Below the pieces are notes generated by a model. The model made no database searches, had not been told where the DNA came from, and was given only the letters and a program-made list of their open reading frames with translations. Positions 58,290-64,000 of a stretch of DNA of 64,000 nucleotides are shown here, in pieces (within the stretch, counting starts at the first letter, position 1; each line of letters begins with the position of its first letter). This DNA comes from an uncultured Hoministercoradaptatus sp. (GTDB lineage: Bacteria; Bacillota; Clostridia; Lachnospirales; Lachnospiraceae), in the NCBI GenBank assembly GCA_964427045.1, contig CAYRTA010000001.1, positions 16,118-80,117 on the forward strand, given 5' to 3'. Position numbers and translations under genes: made by a program.

Positions 58290-60716
58290 TTAGTATTGAT
58301 GATAAATATGAACCAGTGTAAATTCTTCCGGTTCCAGTTCCAATTCAAATTGGAGTGTTCCTTCCACTGTCTTCATTTCCTGAATGGTCATATGAGGGGT
58401 ACAGATCCGTTTTAAATATTCTATGTCCTCTTTACTCATATTTGTTATTGTATTAAGACGGATCCATTCATTTAAAACACTGCCATAATGAGGGCCAATG
58501 GTGAAGGTTTTTATAAAATATCTGTCCGTGGGAAGATTGTGAAGCCGAAAATCCATGTGTAATGGCGCACCACCTGTGGAGAGCGCTGAAAGTTCCCTAA
58601 TGGTATGAAGATTTTCGGGTTTTTGATAATACAGGTTATTCAGCGGCTGGTAATTATAGCAAATAATATAATAACTAAAATGTCCGCTTGTGGTAATCAG
58701 ATAGTTTTGGCCGGCTTCTACTAAATAAGAACCCATACGATGCAGAAAACGGAATGCATAATAGGCTGGCTTGTTAATGTTGTCTTTGGTCAGCAATCCG
58801 GTACAGCCGTTTAGAATATTTTTCGAATCATAGTAAGTTGTCACAATATCCAAACCACAATAGTAGCCCATAATATTCACTTCGCCCAGCATATCCACAA
58901 CATTCTTCAAGATATATGTACCTTTATAGCAAGTATCATTAATATAGTTTCGACTGGAAATGGTAAAGTTCCATTCTGTCACATAGAGAGGAATTTTCAT
59001 ATTAGCCGTTTGGAGAAGTTTTTTTACGTGCATTACCTGATGCTTGATAAATTTACTATCATTCGAGAGATGGGTATAGCTTGCATAAGTATATTTACCC
59101 GTCTTCGAAGCAATAGGGTCGTAAGGGTAGGATATCACAGAGAAAAAGTCCGGCTGGTACGGCTGTTCTTTCCATGTATTCAAAAAATCTTCCATTTCCA
59201 CATCATTGATTTTCATACCGCAGCCGCCAATTACTGCATCCGGCAGAATGGAGCGGATAACCTCACAGGTAGTATTAAAAATCTGAAAGAATGAAACCGG
59301 TACTATTTGACGTTCCGTACGTTCATCATACCAACATTCAAAACGCCATTGTCTTACCTGGTCTGCACGGTAGCGCGTAATAATATGTTGAAAAAACCGA
59401 GTCAAAATTAATTGATATTCGGAAAGGTACAAAAAGACAGGACGCCCCTCATCCAATCTGACATCATCCATTGTGTTTCTGGCAATCTGAACAGGCTTAT
59501 CTCCCAAATCAATAAAAGGCAGCAAATTGTTATAAACCAGAAAATCCAGCACCTCATCAATTCTATCAAAATTCAGTATATCTGTCTGATGGTCTGAGCG
59601 TAATTCCATATCCGATTGAAACAAACTCCATAAACGTACGTAGCGGAAACCAATGTCATCTCGGAGGGTAAGCGTCTGTTCCTGAACTTTAGCTTTTAAC
59701 AAATCACTGGCTCTCCCGATATTAATCAACTCCATCCAATTCTTGTTGTATGGTTTCTTTTGGGAACCGTCCACTTGAACCAAATGACGCCTGGTACTGT
59801 GAGGCCATCGTTGTTGGATTCCTTTCTCTGTAATATAATTCAAAGCTTGTTTATATAGAAAATCCCTTTGATTGATTCGGTTATCATCAGAAGGAATCTT
59901 TCGGGAGAATTTGCTCCGCATCGCTTTTTTATAGGCAGTGGGCGTCATACCATAAGTATCTTTGAAAATCTTAGATAAACCGGAAGAATTCATAAAACCA
60001 TTTTCCAGTGCAATGCGCGTGATGGATTTATCCGTGTAAAGCAAATCTTCCGCGGCATGGTGCAATCGAACTTTATTGACATACTCCAGGAAGTTAGTAC
60101 CAAACATGGTTTTAAAACAGCGGGATAAATAGGAATAAGTCAGATGCAATCGATCTGCCAGATCACTCAAACTGATATTCTGACTGTAGTTGCTCTCTAT
60201 GTAACTGATAATCTCATTCATGCGCCTATCATGTTTATCCTGATCCTGCTTAAAACGTTCATCGTTGCTGTCCACCCGAAACTGACTACAAAGGCATCCC
60301 AACAATTCGTAAAAATAACTGTCGGTTATCGGATTTGGCATCTCCGGATTTTTGACGATATAGACGAGCATCTGACATAGATAAGTTCGCAGACTGTGAT
60401 AATATTCGTTGTCATCTAATGTAGTATTGCACCAAAACATGATGTAGTCCTGGTCAATGTATCGATTAAGTACTGTATAGGGAATATGAATACGGAAAAC
60501 CAGAGTATCCTCCCCAAATAAAAGAGAGTGACGCTTATTCATATTGATGACTATGATATCATCATTGGATAGCCGATATTTTTCCGCATCAAGTTTCACA
60601 TCGACTGTACCGTTCAATACGTAGATTAACTCTGTATCCTGGTGGATATGATCTTCTTCGCTGTGGACAGCAAGAAGATCATATTTAAAAACATTTTCTT
60701 TTCTTGCGTCTGACAT
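58290..60716 (-). CDS. AraC-family regulator fused to a GH39-like domain
   Basis: Cupin HIHQDTELIYVL, AraC HTHs (YLSRCFK; IALENGF..FKDTYGMTP), GFRYVRLW, YVTEWN, KPAYYAF; start 60716 follows GGAGG. Confidence 0.85.
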   Translation of the reverse strand: MSDARKENVFKYDLLAVHSEEDHIHQDTELIYVLNGTVDVKLDAEKYRLSNDDIIVINMNKRHSLLFGEDTLVFRIHIPYTVLNRYIDQDYIMFWCNTTLDDNEYYHSLRTYLCQMLVYIVKNPEMPNPITDSYFYELLGCLCSQFRVDSNDERFKQDQDKHDRRMNEIISYIESNYSQNISLSDLADRLHLTYSYLSRCFKTMFGTNFLEYVNKVRLHHAAEDLLYTDKSITRIALENGFMNSSGLSKIFKDTYGMTPTAYKKAMRSKFSRKIPSDDNRINQRDFLYKQALNYITEKGIQQRWPHSTRRHLVQVDGSQKKPYNKNWMELINIGRASDLLKAKVQEQTLTLRDDIGFRYVRLWSLFQSDMELRSDHQTDILNFDRIDEVLDFLVYNNLLPFIDLGDKPVQIARNTMDDVRLDEGRPVFLYLSEYQLILTRFFQHIITRYRADQVRQWRFECWYDERTERQIVPVSFFQIFNTTCEVIRSILPDAVIGGCGMKINDVEMEDFLNTWKEQPYQPDFFSVISYPYDPIASKTGKYTYASYTHLSNDSKFIKHQVMHVKKLLQTANMKIPLYVTEWNFTISSRNYINDTCYKGTYILKNVVDMLGEVNIMGYYCGLDIVTTYYDSKNILNGCTGLLTKDNINKPAYYAFRFLHRMGSYLVEAGQNYLITTSGHFSYYIICYNYQPLNNLYYQKPENLHTIRELSALSTGGAPLHMDFRLHNLPTDRYFIKTFTIGPHYGSVLNEWIRLNTITNMSKEDIEYLKRICTPHMTIQEMKTVEGTLQFELELEPEEFTLVHIYHQY

Positions 60717-60965
60717 AAGCCCCTCCGTTTCATGCAAACTGTTTTTTTATGAATAATATAACACAATTGGCGAACTAGAAGTAAAAAAGTCAAAAATAAA
60801 GCAAAAAATTTTTCATTTTTGCCACATCGCACCAAAAATAAAGTATTTTTTGAAAAAATAAAGCAAAAACAAGGAAACCTATCTGTATCAGGGGAAATCG
60901 GAACAAGATAAAATACAGATATAAGAGAACAGAAAAATAATAAAAAACGGAAAGGAAAGAAAAAG

Positions 60966-62531
60966 ATGAAAAATGGAAGTACTGTATTACCTGAAGTTTG
61001 TCTGCTGAATGACATCCCAACTTTGTTTGTAGATGGAAAGCCTTTTGTGGCGTTGTCAGGAGAGGCGCATAATTCCTCTGCATCTGACCCGACTTATATG
61101 CTGAGAAAGGTTTGGCCCAATGTAGAAAACCTGAATATTAACTCCCTGATTGTACCTGTCGCATGGGAACAGATTGAAGCAGAAGAAGGTGAGTTTGATT
61201 TTTCCATTTTGGATGCGGTCATTGAACAGGCGAGAGAGCGTAACATTCGCCTGATTCTGCTGTGGTTCGGTCTGTGGAAAAATTCAGAGTCCATGTATGT
61301 ACCTGGATGGATGAAACGAAATCCCAAAACCTATTTTCTCGCACAGCGTGTAAATGGAACTTGTTATCATACTATTTCGCCATTCTGCGAAGCAGCGGTG
61401 GAGAAAGACGCTAATGCGTTTGCGCATCTGATGGCACATATTCGCGATACTGACCCGGAGCATACCGTTATCGTAATGCAGGTGGAAAACGAGATTGGTT
61501 TGCACGGTAATGCTCCGGGAACTGAGAGAGATTATTCCGAGATTGGAAATAAATACTACAACAGCGAAGTTCCTGCTATCCTTCAGGAAAAACTCGGCGT
61601 CTCCGGCACATGGGAAGAGGCGTTTGGAGAAAATGCGGCAGAAAGTCTTATGGCATGGGCCTTTGCAAATGCGGCAGAAAAAATCACACAGGCCGGAAAA
61701 AAAGAACTGGATTTGCCCTGTTACTGTAATGCATGGCTGGAGCAGCCGCCTTATCGTGCCGGTTACGGCCATCCATCCGGAGGCCCGATTGTCCGTATGC
61801 ATCCGATATGGAGAGCAACCGCTCCCTCTCTTTTCGGGTTTGGACCGGATATCTATGTTGACTATGCACCGGCGATTATGGATCACTATCAAAAGGATGG
61901 CAATCCGCTGTTTATTCCTGAGATTAGAAAAGACGCAGTAACAGCAACTTATGCACTTTATGCGGTGGCAGGATGTAATGCTTTGTGTTATTCGCCCTTC
62001 GGTATTGAAGATGTCAATATGAGAATGGAAGAAATCGAAGGTGTTCCGATGCCGGTTCTGATGGCATTGGGCGTAGATACATCTGCATTGGATATCACGG
62101 GAACTGCTCCATTATTGGCTGAAAGTTATCGTATTCTTAACAACCTTTGGCCGCTGATCCTTGAAAAGCGCGGAACGAAACAGCTGCAGGCATTTATTTA
62201 TCGAAATGACGGCCGGAATCAGCATATCTGCAAATTTAGCAAATATGATATCCAGATCAATTATTCCAAACGAGAGAAGCATATGCCGGAATCAGGCGGA
62301 TTCATAATCGAACTGTCCGAGAATGAGTTCCTGTTAGTTGGTACTCGCTATATGGTACAGTTCCTGCCAAAGATTGGAAAGAACGTTACTATAGATATTG
62401 AAATGTATCAGGAGGGCGATTGGGTAGATGGTGGCTGGAAACCGGGTCGTATTTTAAACGGCGATGAGCGAATGATGCCTCGTGTGAATGAGTCCCCGAT
62501 GATGCGTTATATCAAGGTGTTTGAATATTAA
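60966..62531 (+). CDS. GH35/GH42-like beta-galactosidase with DUF5597
   Basis: GEAHNSS, WEQIE.EEG.FDF, LLWFGLWKN, MQVENEIG (acid/base), LFIPE (nucleophile), YSPFGIE. Confidence 0.85.
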   Translation: MKNGSTVLPEVCLLNDIPTLFVDGKPFVALSGEAHNSSASDPTYMLRKVWPNVENLNINSLIVPVAWEQIEAEEGEFDFSILDAVIEQARERNIRLILLWFGLWKNSESMYVPGWMKRNPKTYFLAQRVNGTCYHTISPFCEAAVEKDANAFAHLMAHIRDTDPEHTVIVMQVENEIGLHGNAPGTERDYSEIGNKYYNSEVPAILQEKLGVSGTWEEAFGENAAESLMAWAFANAAEKITQAGKKELDLPCYCNAWLEQPPYRAGYGHPSGGPIVRMHPIWRATAPSLFGFGPDIYVDYAPAIMDHYQKDGNPLFIPEIRKDAVTATYALYAVAGCNALCYSPFGIEDVNMRMEEIEGVPMPVLMALGVDTSALDITGTAPLLAESYRILNNLWPLILEKRGTKQLQAFIYRNDGRNQHICKFSKYDIQINYSKREKHMPESGGFIIELSENEFLLVGTRYMVQFLPKIGKNVTIDIEMYQEGDWVDGGWKPGRILNGDERMMPRVNESPMMRYIKVFEY

Positions 62532-62640
62532 TTGAGAAAGTGGCGGACTGATATAAAACCAGTCCTGCCACTGAGAAAAGAGGAAATTTAATTTTCTCAG
62601 ACATAAATAAATAAGAGAAGATAACGAAAGGAGAAAAAAA

Positions 62641-64000
62641 GTGAGTGAAAACAAAAAAGTAAACACACAGAGTGAAACCGCTATAAAGCTGCCTATGTGG
62701 CGAAAGATAGGATATGGTCTTGGCGAATCCGCTTCGGGACTGTCCTTTACTATGATTAGTAGTTATCTGACCGTATTTTATTCGGATGTAGTAGGTCTGG
62801 CGCCGGCGGTCATTTCAATTATTATGTTAGTGGCCAGAATCTGGCAGGCCCTCTGCGATCCGATTTTTGGCGGAATTGCAGAGAATACCAATACCAAATG
62901 GGGAAGATACCGTCCTTATATATTAATCGGCGCACCGTTGCTGGCAGTGTTTGGCGCCTTGACATTTTTAAATCTTGACATCTCGAATGGGGCGAAAGCA
63001 TTCTGGTGTGCAATTACATACCTGCTAAGTGCGACCGTCTATTCTTTTGCAAACGGAGCAGTCGCCTGTATTGTTAACTCACTAACCTCTATTAATGCAG
63101 AACGAGTATCTTGTAATGCAGTAAAGGGCGTTGTTTCAGGAGCAAGTAACATGATTCTTAGTGCGGTGACAATGCCCCTGATTCTGTTTTTCGGAGCCGG
63201 AGATGCTGCTTCTTCAAGAGGATATTTCATGACAGCAGTTGTATTTTCCATTTGCTCGCTGCCGCTTTTCCTGGCTTGTTTTGCATCTACCAAAGAGGTA
63301 ATCGGGGGTGGTAATTCCAGTAAGACAGGGGAGAAAAAACCTAATCCTGTCATAATGATAGCAAAGTCGTTTGCCAGTGCTGTAAAGGACTGGAATGTAG
63401 CTTGGCTCATGATTGCTATGATTGTTTCTTTAACAGGTTTGTTCGGACGTATCGGAATCATGGTTTACTATTTTATTTACATATTGGATAATCCGATGGG
63501 GATGGCAGCATTCGGAACAGCAATGACGGCTGGTATGATGGTAGTAAACTTCTATGTTCCGTTTTTACTGAATCGGATTGATAAAAAGATAGTCGGAGTA
63601 ATTGCCTGTATCCTCCAGGCAGTATGCTGTGTTACTTTCTATTTTATGGGCGAAGCCAGAGTTGCCAGTATTATCGTAGCTGTGGTTGGTTTTATTTATG
63701 GTGCTACTAATATGCTGAGCATGACGTCCGTGTCCCTGTGCGGGGAACTGATCGATGACAACTGGCTGAGAACCGGCGTGCGTTCTGACGGGACAATCGG
63801 AATGGCAATTGGATTTTCAACAAAGATCGCGAACGCAATCGGAGGATCAATCGGTATTATTGCTTTAGGTACTGTCGGATTTGTGGCAAATACGGAACTG
63901 ACATCGGAAACCCTGACAAAAATGAATGCAGTGATTAACTTTATGCCGGCAGCGTTCTTCCTGCTTGCAACTATTCCGTTCATGATGATTCGTATGACCA
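62641..64000 (+). CDS. GPH-family glycoside:cation symporter (runs off the window end)
   Basis: Not in the ORF track because no stop lies in the window; GTG follows AAAGGAG; reads KIGYGLGE..FYSDVVGL..CDPIFGGIAENTNTKWGRYRPY. Confidence 0.88.
   Translation, partial: MSENKKVNTQSETAIKLPMWRKIGYGLGESASGLSFTMISSYLTVFYSDVVGLAPAVISIIMLVARIWQALCDPIFGGIAENTNTKWGRYRPYILIGAPLLAVFGALTFLNLDISNGAKAFWCAITYLLSATVYSFANGAVACIVNSLTSINAERVSCNAVKGVVSGASNMILSAVTMPLILFFGAGDAASSRGYFMTAVVFSICSLPLFLACFASTKEVIGGGNSSKTGEKKPNPVIMIAKSFASAVKDWNVAWLMIAMIVSLTGLFGRIGIMVYYFIYILDNPMGMAAFGTAMTAGMMVVNFYVPFLLNRIDKKIVGVIACILQAVCCVTFYFMGEARVASIIVAVVGFIYGATNMLSMTSVSLCGELIDDNWLRTGVRSDGTIGMAIGFSTKIANAIGGSIGIIALGTVGFVANTELTSETLTKMNAVINFMPAAFFLLATIPFMMIRMT

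Overview
Chromosomal window from a Clostridia-class Firmicute, most like Lachnospiraceae (gene families, GGAGG RBSs, sigmaA-type promoters, large Firmicute-type SRP RNA). It holds about 50 protein genes and no integrase, transposase, phage gene or CRISPR array that I can see. Carbohydrate loci: (i) two GH51 arabinofuranosidases plus an AraNPQ-like ABC importer around a PrpR-type enhancer-binding protein, with two clear sigma54 -24/-12 promoters; (ii) a PdxA2 + DUF1537 four-carbon acid-sugar locus next to a degenerate PrpR-type regulator; (iii) a GH38 mannosidase; (iv) a LacI locus encoding an ABC importer, nucleoside hydrolase, fucose-isomerase-family protein, split transketolase and FGGY kinase, lying between tRNA-Ser(CGA) and SRP RNA; (v) an AraC-GH39 fusion, GH35-like enzyme and GPH symporter at the right edge. 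Also present: a yybP-ykoY Mn riboswitch before mntP and a CaCA antiporter, a deacetylase pair (one intact, one degenerate), an exported trigger-factor paralogue, AlaX-VWA-MoxR genes with short tandem repeats, tadA, a class III Fic, a two-component/PepSY module, MATE, TetR/MFS, and a membrane-anchored protein with a caspase/gingipain-like His-Cys motif pair. The best candidates for something undescribed are the nucleoside-hydrolase/isomerase/kinase/transketolase pathway, the sigma54-driven arabinoside regulon and the His-Cys surface protein. All product calls come from motif recognition by eye; no database searches were run.
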